DNA of 64,000 nucleotides from Candidatus Eiseniibacteriota bacterium (GTDB lineage: Bacteria; Eisenbacteria; RBG-16-71-46), in NCBI GenBank assembly GCA_963744995.1, contig CAVUWA010000011.1, positions 64,001 to 128,000 on the forward strand, written 5' to 3'. Every line of letters begins with the position of its first letter. Within the stretch, counting starts at the first letter, position 1. The position numbers were made by a program, and so were the translations under genes. The notes beneath the pieces were generated by a model, which was given only the letters and a program-made list of their open reading frames with translations, did no database searches and was not told the origin of the DNA. Shown here in pieces: positions 29,601 to 39,492 of this stretch.

Positions 29601-29951
29601 CTATTTCTGGACGACCCGGGCGATGAAGGCCGGCCCGGCCCCCTCGACCGTGGTGACCAGGGTCGAGTCGGCCACGCCGCGGTCGCAGACGACGTAGGCC
29701 CGGTCCTGCTCCAGCCGCACGTCCACGGCCGAGACCCCGTCGAGCGAGGCGATCTTCGACTGGATCGTCCCGGCGCAGCCGGCACAGGTCATGCCGCCGA
29801 CCTCGAGCGTGACGATCTTCTCGCCGGCCCGGCTCGCGAGCGCGCCGTGAGCGGGGAGCGAGCGCAGCTCGCGCACCAGCAGCGGGCCGCCGACGGCGAG
29901 CACCAGCACGGCGGCGACGATGCCGGCGACGTTCAGAAACTGACGGTCCAT
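29601..29951 (-). CDS. Membrane-anchored HMA metal-binding protein
   Basis: N-terminal TM segment and GMTCAGC motif. Confidence 0.85.
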   Translation of the reverse strand: MDRQFLNVAGIVAAVLVLAVGGPLLVRELRSLPAHGALASRAGEKIVTLEVGGMTCAGCAGTIQSKIASLDGVSAVDVRLEQDRAYVVCDRGVADSTLVTTVEGAGPAFIARVVQK

Positions 29952-30097
29952 TCGAATTCTCCAACGCGGCCGGAGCGGATGCGGATTCCGGGGCCGGAAC
30001 GTTAGCCCGGCCCGATCCTGGACCGCAACCCGGGCGCATGCGCAGGGCGGACGCGCGATCCGACGCGCGCCCGCCCTGTCGTCACGGCGCCGGTCGG

Positions 30098-33000
30098 CTA
30101 CCTCAGCATCGTCACCTTCTTCACCGCTTCGAACCGGCCGCTCTTCTGCGTGAGGCGCGTGAAGTACACGCCGCGCGGCATCCGATGCCCGGCATCGTCG
30201 GTGCCGTCCCACACCAGCGTGTGGTCCCCGGCCTTGAAGCGCCGCTCGGCGAGCCGGCGCACCAGGCGACCGCTCACGTCGAAGATCTTCACCTCGACGT
30301 CGTCGTCGAGCGCGAGCCCGAACCGGATCGTCGCGTCGGCGGCACGCACCGGGTTGCCGGCGAGGCTCAGATAGTCCGTGAGCGCCCGGTCTCCGCCCGG
30401 GACGTCGGTCGTGACCGGCAACGTCAGCGCGTAACAGTCGAGGGGGCCGAACGTGTTGCTCAGGAGATTGAACATCCACGCCAGCCGCCCATTGCTCGTC
30501 CCGAAACGGCCCCGCATCGAGGCGAGCCGCACGGCGATCGTCTGCGAGATCCACGGATTCGTGCCGTCGTGCGCCTTGTAGACGCCGAACGGCGACTGCG
30601 CCCCGCCGGGTTGCACGTAGGCGAGGTTCACCGCGGCGCCAGGCAGCCCCGGATGGACGTCCACCACGTCGTTGGTCAGGCGGCAGCCGTTGTCGACGCC
30701 GTAGATGTCGCCGTTCCCGAGATCGATCGAATTCCCCGGCTCGGCGTCCACGTACTTGCGGTCGTCGGGCGTCGACAGCCGGTAGTCCGCGTTCTGGAAC
30801 GTGGTGCCGAGGTAGTCCTGCACGAACGCCTGCTCGACGCCGCCCTGGTCGGCGGCCGCCTCCATGAAGCTCTGACCGATCACCAGGATGCCGCGATCGG
30901 GTGTGGCGGGATTCCCGCTCGCGAGCCAGCTCTCCATGATGCCGACATCGTCGGCGCTGTCGTCGGGGTTGGGGCCCCAGACGTAGTATTCGACGTCACC
31001 TGTCAGCACGACGAGCATCCGGTAGTAGGTCTTCAGCATCTCGAGCGTCGGCGGGTTGTAGGTCCACTTGCCGGTGCCCGCGCCGTCGTCCATGCCGGTC
31101 CCGGTCTCTCGGTAGGCCAGCCGACCGCCGATCCCCTGCGCGCTGACTGTCAGCCCGGGGCCGCCCTTCTTCGCGTAGACGTCGAAGAAGGTGCCGGGCT
31201 GGCCGTTCCTTCCGGAAATGAAGTACGCGGGGTCGTCGATGTCGCCGCCCGAGGGAACGCCGCCGTAGCCGTCGTCAACCCCTCTCCGGGAGGAACCCGT
31301 GAGGCCGATCGAGTCGGCCACGGCCTTCCAGACCTGCTCGTCGCCGCGCCCATCGGCGTTGTCGTACACCAGCATGCACGCCATGCCCATGCCGCCGTGG
31401 TCGAAGGCCGGGTCCTTCCAGCGGTCCGGCAGGACCCCGAAGTGCTGCCAGCGGTGGCCGTCACGATCCCAGCCCTCGCCGATCTGCAGCGCCACCTGGT
31501 TCGTGTCGGGCACCATCGCGAACGCGCTCGCGGGCTGATCGAGGTCCTGGCGCCTGATGAAGTACTGCACGTGAGCGCCGGGCGTGAGCAGGCCGTCGGG
31601 GATGATCTTGGTGCCCTCGACGGTGGACGTCGTACCGTCCCAGCCGGTGCGGCTCGCGGGCAGAGTGGTCACCCACGCCGGTGGATAGGACCCCTTCGAC
31701 GGATCGCCGCAGGTCAGGTTCGGGTCGTTGATGTCGTAGAGGAGCGTGTCGATCATGAAGCAGCGATTGCGCGGGATCCCGAGCGTCGGCCGCGCCGCGA
31801 GCTCCGTTTCGTGATACGTGCTGCACCAGATCGTGCCGGTGGGTGGGAGACCCGCGTTCCGGCCCTGCACCGGGAACATCGCGTGACCGTAGATCTCCGC
31901 CGTGTCCATCCGCGCGCTGTTCCACACGGTCTCGTTCCAGCCGCTGGGCGCCGCGGCATGCGCCGCCACCGCCGCGCCGGCATTGATGGCCCCCGGCAAT
32001 CCCGAGAAGGCGCCCGGGCTCGCCATGAACGAGCCGAAGAAGGTGCCGTCGCCGGGCGTCACCGTTCCCGCGCCGGGGTTGGTCGGGTCCTTCCGTAGAC
32101 CGCTCGACGCATCTCCGACGGTCTGGAAGTTGCCGACCCCCGGCAACAGGCGGAACACGAGGTCGAGTCTCATGCTGTCGCCTGCCGCCGTCACGGTCAG
32201 CGAATCGCCGGGCACCGCGTACCGGAACAGGTCCCCCCTCGCATCGGAGACGTTGAGGCCGATTTTGATGAGCGCCGTGGTCGTGTCGAACGCCGCCGTG
32301 CCCGGCAGTCCCGGCGTTTCGTTCGCGGGGAACGTGTCGTTGAACAGATCCCATGGATCGGCGGAGATCAGCCTCGGCAGGTCGTCCACGATCCCGATCG
32401 CCATCTGGTCGAAATAGAGGCCGTCGGTCGAGGCGCATCCGGTGGTCACCCCGAAACGGTAGCACTGCGAAAGCTTGATGACCCCCCAGCGCAGCGAATC
32501 GGGAATGCCGTTTGGATTCGACGTGGCGCCGAGGCCGTTTGCGAACAGCGGCTCGATGTCCGACACGCATTCCTTGTTCGGATCGAAGATCATGAACCCC
32601 GGGTAGCGGATCCGGCCCCAGCCCTCGTCGCCGGGCACCTGCTGCATCGGGTAGGCCTGTGCCGCGATGTAGATCATCTGCCCCGTCGTGAACACGTCCA
32701 GCGCCCCCGTGTAGAACTCGAGGTAGAAGTAGTAGTCGTCGGTGGCGAAGCGCTCCGAGGCCGTGAGGTTCATGTTGTTCTTCGCCGGGTCCTTGGAGTT
32801 CTGGTCGGCGCCGGCCAGGTTGATGGTCGGTGACATGAACCCCCAGTAGCCCTCGTGCTCCGTCGATTGCGTCTCGGGGTCGGACATCGCCTCATTCATG
32901 TCGTGCAGCCCCATCGAGCCCACGACACCGCTCAGGTTGCACTTCCGGTCCGACGAACCGACCGGCCCGCAGATGTCCTCGTACACCAGCGTGGCCACGT

Positions 33001-34516
33001 CGTGCGGGTGGAAGTACGTGGCGGGCGGCTTGCCGGTCGAGTGCCAGGCATCGTCCGCGGACGCGAGGTTGTCGATCGAGCCGGGCGACTCGAAGTCGCC
33101 GATGGTCGTGAAGCCGCCGCCGGCGTCGATTTCGACATCGTCGATCACTGCCGCGCCGGCGTAGTTGGACGCGTAGCTCGCGGCATCGTCGAACGACCGG
33201 TTGGTGTGCACCCTGAAGACGAGCCGCAGCTTCCCCGCCTGCCCGGTCGCCGCGGCGGAGTCCAGCAGGGCCTGCACGCTGGCGTCGGAGATCGCGATCG
33301 TCGTCGTCTGGACGGCGTTGAACCCGGACGCCCCGAACAACCAGAGCCGGGCGTCCTTCTCGACCACCTCGTTGAACCAGCGTCGCAGTGGATCCTGCAC
33401 GACCCGGCGGCCCGTCGCCGGGTCGATCACGCCCGCGCTGATCAGCATCGGATCGTCGTCCATGGGGTGGATCGACGTCTTCCACTCCCCTTCCACCGGC
33501 GCCCCGATGTAGAGCTGCAGGGAATCGATCGGGGCGAGCGCGTTGCCCCCCGCCTCCGCCGAGATGAAGTTGCCCGGTGTGTACTGGTTCTGGCTGAGCT
33601 CATCGCCTTCGTGCCAGCCCGTGCGGTAGCGGGGATCGGTGTCCTTGCCGGTGGACATGTCCGTGCGCCACTTGAACCGCACGGTGATGCCGCCGCCCGC
33701 ATACGCGGACAGATCGACGTTCCGATACAGCATCTGGTCCATGTCCCCGATGTAGCCGGGGAAGTACGAAGGCAGTTGTCCGGCCCCGTAGCTCGAGCCG
33801 TAGAGGAAGACCTGCGTGTCGGCGTTGTACGCGTTGTTCGTCACCGGATCGACGTAGGTGACGTCGCCGAACGAGCGCATGCCCATCCACGCCGAATACG
33901 AGCCGCCGAGGGGTGACCAGTACGGGTTGAGCGGCGGCGCCCCGCCGAGCCCCGGCTTGAACACCTGCGTCGCGGCCGAGCCGGCGTCGCGGTGCCACAT
34001 GCCCGTGACGCCGTAGGTGCGGCTGCTGCCGCTGCCGGGATTGAACGCGAAGTTCACCGAATTGCCGTAGGAAACCGCCCACCAGGGGCGGTTTTCGTCG
34101 GTCAACGTCGAGCCGCTGGAGTTGGTGTGCTGCACGCGCACCGACCACCAGCCCGACAGGCTGTCGCCATGCACCTGCTGTGCGGGCTCGAAGTTCCAGA
34201 GACCGTCGTCGTTGACGCCTGGCCGGTTGCCGCCCGCGACGCCGCCGACCTTCCACCAGTTGTCCGCCGTGTTCGCGCCCGACCAGTGGCCGACCCAGAT
34301 GGTCTCGGGGTCGGAGGTCGCCGTCGCGGTGCCGAGCGGCGCGAAGCGGGACGGCGTCCGGTCGCGATCCCCACTGCGGATGAGCTTGATCTCTGCGTGC
34401 CCGGCGAGATCGTCGCTCGCCCGTGCAGAGGGCGCACCCGCAAGGAGCGCGATGGCGAACACCCCTCCCATCAGGGCGACGAGTTGGAGCGTCTGCGACG
34501 TGGGGCGGCTCAGCAT
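30098..34516 (-). CDS. Large (1472 aa) secreted protein with FlgD/T9SS-like C-terminal domain
   Basis: GGAGGT RBS, signal peptide, D/G/T/N-rich body, and C-terminal GNPV...IFDVSGRLVRRL...WDGTDD.G....GVYF. Confidence 0.85.
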   Translation of the reverse strand: MLSRPTSQTLQLVALMGGVFAIALLAGAPSARASDDLAGHAEIKLIRSGDRDRTPSRFAPLGTATATSDPETIWVGHWSGANTADNWWKVGGVAGGNRPGVNDDGLWNFEPAQQVHGDSLSGWWSVRVQHTNSSGSTLTDENRPWWAVSYGNSVNFAFNPGSGSSRTYGVTGMWHRDAGSAATQVFKPGLGGAPPLNPYWSPLGGSYSAWMGMRSFGDVTYVDPVTNNAYNADTQVFLYGSSYGAGQLPSYFPGYIGDMDQMLYRNVDLSAYAGGGITVRFKWRTDMSTGKDTDPRYRTGWHEGDELSQNQYTPGNFISAEAGGNALAPIDSLQLYIGAPVEGEWKTSIHPMDDDPMLISAGVIDPATGRRVVQDPLRRWFNEVVEKDARLWLFGASGFNAVQTTTIAISDASVQALLDSAAATGQAGKLRLVFRVHTNRSFDDAASYASNYAGAAVIDDVEIDAGGGFTTIGDFESPGSIDNLASADDAWHSTGKPPATYFHPHDVATLVYEDICGPVGSSDRKCNLSGVVGSMGLHDMNEAMSDPETQSTEHEGYWGFMSPTINLAGADQNSKDPAKNNMNLTASERFATDDYYFYLEFYTGALDVFTTGQMIYIAAQAYPMQQVPGDEGWGRIRYPGFMIFDPNKECVSDIEPLFANGLGATSNPNGIPDSLRWGVIKLSQCYRFGVTTGCASTDGLYFDQMAIGIVDDLPRLISADPWDLFNDTFPANETPGLPGTAAFDTTTALIKIGLNVSDARGDLFRYAVPGDSLTVTAAGDSMRLDLVFRLLPGVGNFQTVGDASSGLRKDPTNPGAGTVTPGDGTFFGSFMASPGAFSGLPGAINAGAAVAAHAAAPSGWNETVWNSARMDTAEIYGHAMFPVQGRNAGLPPTGTIWCSTYHETELAARPTLGIPRNRCFMIDTLLYDINDPNLTCGDPSKGSYPPAWVTTLPASRTGWDGTTSTVEGTKIIPDGLLTPGAHVQYFIRRQDLDQPASAFAMVPDTNQVALQIGEGWDRDGHRWQHFGVLPDRWKDPAFDHGGMGMACMLVYDNADGRGDEQVWKAVADSIGLTGSSRRGVDDGYGGVPSGGDIDDPAYFISGRNGQPGTFFDVYAKKGGPGLTVSAQGIGGRLAYRETGTGMDDGAGTGKWTYNPPTLEMLKTYYRMLVVLTGDVEYYVWGPNPDDSADDVGIMESWLASGNPATPDRGILVIGQSFMEAAADQGGVEQAFVQDYLGTTFQNADYRLSTPDDRKYVDAEPGNSIDLGNGDIYGVDNGCRLTNDVVDVHPGLPGAAVNLAYVQPGGAQSPFGVYKAHDGTNPWISQTIAVRLASMRGRFGTSNGRLAWMFNLLSNTFGPLDCYALTLPVTTDVPGGDRALTDYLSLAGNPVRAADATIRFGLALDDDVEVKIFDVSGRLVRRLAERRFKAGDHTLVWDGTDDAGHRMPRGVYFTRLTQKSGRFEAVKKVTMLR

Positions 34517-34754
34517 GACGGCACCTCCGCGGTCGATGCGTCGTGCCGGGTGCGGCCATGGATCCCGGCATCCATGTCGGCCGGCGCGCTCGGAGTGAGC
34601 GCGTCCGGCAGCTGCGGCGGGGGATCTCCAGCCCGGCGGCGCTGCGGGAGTCGGCGGGCCGCCAAAGTCTACCGGCGAGGTGGCGGGGCTTAAAGGTTTT
34701 TCTCCACCGGGGACGTTTCGCGCCATGCCGAATGCCCCGCGCCGCGACAGCCCT

Positions 34755-34783
34755 TTGCCATGCGCCGCGGCGCTCCCTAGACT
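34755..34783 (+). promoter_or_regulatory. Sigma70-type promoter TTGCCA-N17-TAGACT, near-leaderless for tldD
   Basis: The -10 hexamer ends 9 nt before ATG 34793; no SD sequence. Confidence 0.55.
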
Positions 34784-34792
34784 GCGTCCATC

Positions 34793-36229
34793 ATGAGCCC
34801 GGCCAACGGATTGCCCGACGTCTCCCGCTTTCTCCCCGGGGAGCTCGTGGCCGAGCTGCTCGCCATCGCACGCGCGAAGGGCGCCGAATTCGCCGAGGTC
34901 TACGGCGAGCACACCCTGAGCACCGGCTTCGGGCTCGATGAGAACCGCATCAAGAGCTCCTCCTACGCGGTCACCCAGGGCGTCGGCGTGCGCGCGATCA
35001 AGGGTGAGGTCACCGCCTACGCCTACGCCGACGGCTTCGAGGCGAACGACCTGCGCGAAGCGGCGCGCGTGGCGGCACGGGTCGCGAACGCCGCGGGCGC
35101 GGACGGCGCCCCGGCACCGTTCCGCGTCGTGGACGCGCCCCCGCCGTTCGTCGTCGAGCGTCCGGTGTCGCTCGCGCTCGACGAGGCGAAGCGCGTCTCC
35201 ATGCTGGAACTCGCCAACGACACGGCCCGCGCGCAGGATCCGCGCATCCGCGAGGTGTCGGCGGGCTTCGGCGACGCGGCGCGCTCGTTCATCGTCGCCA
35301 ACTCGGACGGCGTATGGGCCGAGGATCGCCAGTTCGTATCACGCTTCGCCGTCAACGTCCTCGCCCTGGACGGTGACAATCGCCAGTCCGGCTTCGCGGT
35401 CGCGGGCGGCGCGGTGAACCCGGAGCACTACCTCAGCGAACGCCCGCCCGAGCAGGTCGCGGTGAAGGCCGCGGCGATGGCGATCACGCTGCTCGGCGCG
35501 AAGGAGCCCGAGGCCGGCGCCTATCCGGTCGTCATCGGTCCGGGCTGGGGTGGCGTGCTGGTGCACGAATGCTTCGGCCACAGCATGGAAGGCGACACGA
35601 TCCGCAAGCAGACCTCGATCCGCGCGACGCAGATGGGGCAGCTCGTCGCCGCGAAGGGCGTGACGATCGTCGACAGCGGGCTCGTCCCCTGGAGCCGCGG
35701 TTCGTTCCGGGTGGACGACGAGGGGACCCCCGCCCAGCGCACCGTGCTCGTCGAGGATGGCATGCTCACCGGTTACATGTGGGACCTGCTGAACGCGCGC
35801 CTCACCGGCAACCGCAGCACCGGGAACGGCCGCCGCGCGTCGTACCGGCATTTTCCGCTCTGCCGCATGACCAACACCTACATCGAGCCGGGCGAGGCGA
35901 CCCCGGAGACGCTCATCGGCGACGTGAAGCGCGGCCTCTACTGCAAGGAGCTCGCGGGCGGCTCGGTGAACCCGGCCGACGGGAATTTCTCGTTCCAGGT
36001 CACCGAGGCGTGGCAGATCGAGAACGGCAGACTCACGCACCCGGTGCGCAACGCCACGCTCACCGGCAACGGCAACGACGCGATGCTCAAGATCGACGGG
36101 CTCGCGAACGACCTCGAGATCAACGGCGCAATCGGCTCCTGCGGCAAGAGCGGCCAGTGGAAGGCCGTCGGGGTCGGCCAGCCGACGGTGCGTTTCTCCG
36201 CGATCACGGTCGGCGGAACGCGCACATGA
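34793..36229 (+). CDS. tldD: TldD metalloprotease
   Basis: HECFGHSMEGD (HExxxH), DDEG, STGNGRR, RMTNT and CGK motifs. Confidence 0.92.
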   Translation: MSPANGLPDVSRFLPGELVAELLAIARAKGAEFAEVYGEHTLSTGFGLDENRIKSSSYAVTQGVGVRAIKGEVTAYAYADGFEANDLREAARVAARVANAAGADGAPAPFRVVDAPPPFVVERPVSLALDEAKRVSMLELANDTARAQDPRIREVSAGFGDAARSFIVANSDGVWAEDRQFVSRFAVNVLALDGDNRQSGFAVAGGAVNPEHYLSERPPEQVAVKAAAMAITLLGAKEPEAGAYPVVIGPGWGGVLVHECFGHSMEGDTIRKQTSIRATQMGQLVAAKGVTIVDSGLVPWSRGSFRVDDEGTPAQRTVLVEDGMLTGYMWDLLNARLTGNRSTGNGRRASYRHFPLCRMTNTYIEPGEATPETLIGDVKRGLYCKELAGGSVNPADGNFSFQVTEAWQIENGRLTHPVRNATLTGNGNDAMLKIDGLANDLEINGAIGSCGKSGQWKAVGVGQPTVRFSAITVGGTRT

Positions 36230-37614
36230 GTGACGCGCGCACGCTGAATCCGGCCGCTGCGGGCCCGATGATGACCGGCGTCGCGGAACGGGCGCTCGAC
36301 GCGGCGAAGCGCGCCGGCGCCACGCACGCCGAGGTGATGATCGAGAACGGCCGCGCGTTCAGCGTGAAAGTGCAGGGCGGCCATATCGATACGCTAAAGC
36401 AGAGCACGACGCACGGGCTCGGCCTCCGCGTCCTCGTGGACCACCGGATCGGTTTCGTCTCGACGACCGACTTCCGCGGTGAGGCGCTCGACGACCTTGC
36501 CGAACGCGCCGTGGCGCTCGCCGCATTCGCCACCGCGGACGAAGCCAACGCCTTCGCGACCGCCGTCGAGGCGGGTGAGGCGCCTGCGACGGACCTCGGC
36601 CTCTACGACCCGGCGATGCTCACGCTCACACCGGAGAAGAAGATCGAGATGGCGACGACGCTCGAGCGGCTCGCCCTCGCGCACGACCCGCGCATCAAGC
36701 GCACGCAGGGCGCCGGCGTCGCCAGCCACGACGGCGCATCGCTGCTGGTCAACACGCACGGACTGTCGCGCTTCGAGACCGGCACCTCGGCGAGCGTCTA
36801 CGTCGTGCCGCTCGCCGACGACCGCGACGGCCGCCAGCAGAACGGCTACTTCAGCGCCGCCTGCCGGGCGCTGGCCGACCTGCCGGATCTCCAGGCCGCG
36901 GCGACCGAGGCCGCCGAGCGCGCGGTGGCCCGCATCGGCGCGCGGCCGGTGCCGTCGGCGCGCGTCCCCGTCGTCATGCATCCCGACGTCGCCGGCGCAT
37001 GGATCGCGGAGATCCACGGCGCGTTCAGCGGCGAGGCGGTGATCAAGAAGGAATCGTGGCTCACGGAGAAACTGGGGCAGACCATCGCCTCGCCGCTCGT
37101 CACGCTGGTGGACGACGGCGTGAAGCCGGGCGCCGTGGGCACGAGCCTCTACGACGGCGACGGCATCGCCACGCGGCGCAACGTGCTGATCGACGCCGGC
37201 CGCTGCGCGATGTTCCTCTACGACCTCTACCACGCACGGCGCGCCGGCGGGCGCTCGACCGGCAGCGCGGTGCGCTCCTACGGCTCGACCCCGGGGATCG
37301 GCTCGTTCAACCTCTACCTCGAGCCCGGCGCCGACTCGCCCGAAGCGATCCTCGCGAAGGTGGACCGCGGCTTCTACATGGACGATCAGGGCTCGTTCGG
37401 CTTCAACGACGTCACCGGCGACTACTCGTTCCAGGCGCAGGGCTTCTGGATCGAGCACGGGAAGAAGACGCATCCCGTGGACGGCATCACCGTGGCCTCG
37501 AACTCGCTCGAGATGCTGAAGAACGTCGCCGCGGTCGGCAACGACCTGCGCTTCCTGCACTCGGTCGCGAGCCCCACGCTGCTGATCGCGGAGATGACGG
37601 TCAGCGGCGCGTAG
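36226..37614 (+). CDS. pmbA: PmbA/TldE protein
   Basis: ATGA overlap with tldD. DGDG, TGDYS and MTVSG C-terminus; no HExxxH. Confidence 0.88.
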   Translation: MSDARTLNPAAAGPMMTGVAERALDAAKRAGATHAEVMIENGRAFSVKVQGGHIDTLKQSTTHGLGLRVLVDHRIGFVSTTDFRGEALDDLAERAVALAAFATADEANAFATAVEAGEAPATDLGLYDPAMLTLTPEKKIEMATTLERLALAHDPRIKRTQGAGVASHDGASLLVNTHGLSRFETGTSASVYVVPLADDRDGRQQNGYFSAACRALADLPDLQAAATEAAERAVARIGARPVPSARVPVVMHPDVAGAWIAEIHGAFSGEAVIKKESWLTEKLGQTIASPLVTLVDDGVKPGAVGTSLYDGDGIATRRNVLIDAGRCAMFLYDLYHARRAGGRSTGSAVRSYGSTPGIGSFNLYLEPGADSPEAILAKVDRGFYMDDQGSFGFNDVTGDYSFQAQGFWIEHGKKTHPVDGITVASNSLEMLKNVAAVGNDLRFLHSVASPTLLIAEMTVSGA

Positions 37615-37623
37615 CCCCGCCGG

Positions 37624-38565
37624 TCAGCCCAGCCCTTCGGCGAACCCGCGGCGCCAGCTCGGGTAGATCGGCTGCCAGCCCAGCTCGCGTTTCGCCTTCG
37701 CATTCGACGCGCCGCGAATGCGGGTCATCATCGATACGCCGCCCTCCCCGATCGCGAACCGGCCGAGCCACGCCGGCACCCGCATGGGCGGCCTGGCGCC
37801 GAGCGCGCCGGCGAGCACCGGCATCCACTCGGAGACCGGCGCCGGTTCGTCGTCGACGACGTTGTAGAGGCCGGGGGCGCCGCGCGACACCGCCGCAGCC
37901 GTCGCCCGCGCGGCGTCCTCGATGTGGATGAACGACCAGATGCCGGCCCCGTCGCCGACCACCGGCATCTTCCTCTTTCGCAACATGTCGACCAGCACGC
38001 CGTCCCGCGCGATGCCGGTGCCGGGTCCGTAGAACATGCCGTAACGCAGGGCCAGGGCCTGCAGGTCCGCCGCATCTCGGATCGCGTCCTCGAGGTGGCG
38101 GATCGCGGCCAGCGACCGGCTGAACGACTTCGGCGGATCGGGATCGAGCGGATCCTCCTCGGTCTTGATCGGCCCGCCCTCGCGCGCGAACGGCCACCCG
38201 CAGAAGCTCTGCGCGATGAAGCGGCGGGCGCCCGCCCGCCGCGCCGCCGCAAGCAGGGTGTCGGTGACCTCGGTCCGGAAGCGGTTGGTGAGTGCGAACT
38301 GCTCGTCGAAGTGTTTGAGGTCGCCGGCCTGCGAGAGCGCGGTGAGCTGATGGACGACCACCTCCGGCGCCGCGCCGGTGACGGCGGCGGTGAGCGCCTG
38401 CGGGTCGAGCGCGTCGGCCACCACCGCGCGCGCCCCCTGTGCTTCGAGCGCCGCGGCCTTGCCCCCGTCGCGCGCGAGTCCCGTGACCTCGTGTCCTTCG
38501 CGAACCAGCAACGGCACCAGCATTCTGCCGATCGCTCCCGTGCCGCCTGCAACGAAGACCCTCAT
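37624..38565 (-). CDS. NAD-dependent epimerase/dehydratase (atypical SDR)
   Basis: VAGGTGAIG, RYGMFYGPG and SFIHIEDAA motifs. Confidence 0.88.
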   Translation of the reverse strand: MRVFVAGGTGAIGRMLVPLLVREGHEVTGLARDGGKAAALEAQGARAVVADALDPQALTAAVTGAAPEVVVHQLTALSQAGDLKHFDEQFALTNRFRTEVTDTLLAAARRAGARRFIAQSFCGWPFAREGGPIKTEEDPLDPDPPKSFSRSLAAIRHLEDAIRDAADLQALALRYGMFYGPGTGIARDGVLVDMLRKRKMPVVGDGAGIWSFIHIEDAARATAAAVSRGAPGLYNVVDDEPAPVSEWMPVLAGALGARPPMRVPAWLGRFAIGEGGVSMMTRIRGASNAKAKRELGWQPIYPSWRRGFAEGLG

Positions 38566-38571
38566 GAGGCA

Positions 38572-39324
38572 TCACTCCTCGCGCTCTCGTCCGCGTGCGG
38601 CCTGGTGGCCGGAATCCCGTGGCATCAATTCGTCTCGGCCCAACCGCTCGCCGACCGCGGTTCGCAACATCCAGATGCCGGTCGCCAGGATCCACGCCAG
38701 GAACGAGACGCGCGCCACGAGACCCGCTGTGAAGAACGGACCATTGAAGCTTGCGGAAAACGCCCACAGCGCGCCGGCGATCGAGAGCGCTGCGGTGACT
38801 GCGCCCCACCAGCCGAGCCAGCCGGCCGGCGATTCGGGCACGAGGAGCGCGGCCGAGACCGCGCCCACGAACAGCGCGACGGCGAACTGGCCGACGCCGA
38901 AGATGTCGAAGGTGTTCGCGATCAGGATCACGCGGAGCACCGAATCGGACAGCTGCCGGGTGGGAACGAGGCCGAGCACCGCATAGGTGATGGCCCCGAT
39001 GAAGACGGTCACCGTGATGAGCAGCACGCCCGCGACGGAGAGGTCCGGCAGGACGCCCCCGCCCCCGGCGGCGCGCAGCAACCGGCGCCGAAGAGCAAAC
39101 GCGCCCGGGACGAGCAGGCACACGAAGTTGACCGGGGGAACGATGCTGCTCGCGCGCAGGATGCCGGAGTGGTCCTGAATGACCCTCCGCCACGCGACGA
39201 GGGGCGCATCCGGGCTCGGCGCGGACGATACCCCCGCGTTGAAGACGAGGTAGACGATCTGCACGATCACGAATGTGACGAGCAGAAGACCGCTCCAGCG
39301 GTCCGGATACGATGTGTCTTCCAT
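38572..39324 (-). CDS. Hypothetical integral membrane protein (about 6 TM)
   Basis: GGAGG RBS and hydrophobic segments; co-oriented with the SDR gene. Confidence 0.7.
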   Translation of the reverse strand: MEDTSYPDRWSGLLLVTFVIVQIVYLVFNAGVSSAPSPDAPLVAWRRVIQDHSGILRASSIVPPVNFVCLLVPGAFALRRRLLRAAGGGGVLPDLSVAGVLLITVTVFIGAITYAVLGLVPTRQLSDSVLRVILIANTFDIFGVGQFAVALFVGAVSAALLVPESPAGWLGWWGAVTAALSIAGALWAFSASFNGPFFTAGLVARVSFLAWILATGIWMLRTAVGERLGRDELMPRDSGHQAARGREREE

Positions 39325-39492
39325 CGTCGCACCCTCCGCGATGATCTCTCTGCGCCCGGCCGGGACCGGTGCCCGGCATTCGCGGACCTTACAACGGTCG
39401 GGGGCGGTCGGGGAGGGTTCCGTCCACAGTTGCGCGACCGCGCCCTCCGGCCGCGATGGATGAGCACGGCCGCGTCACGACGAGGCCGGCGC

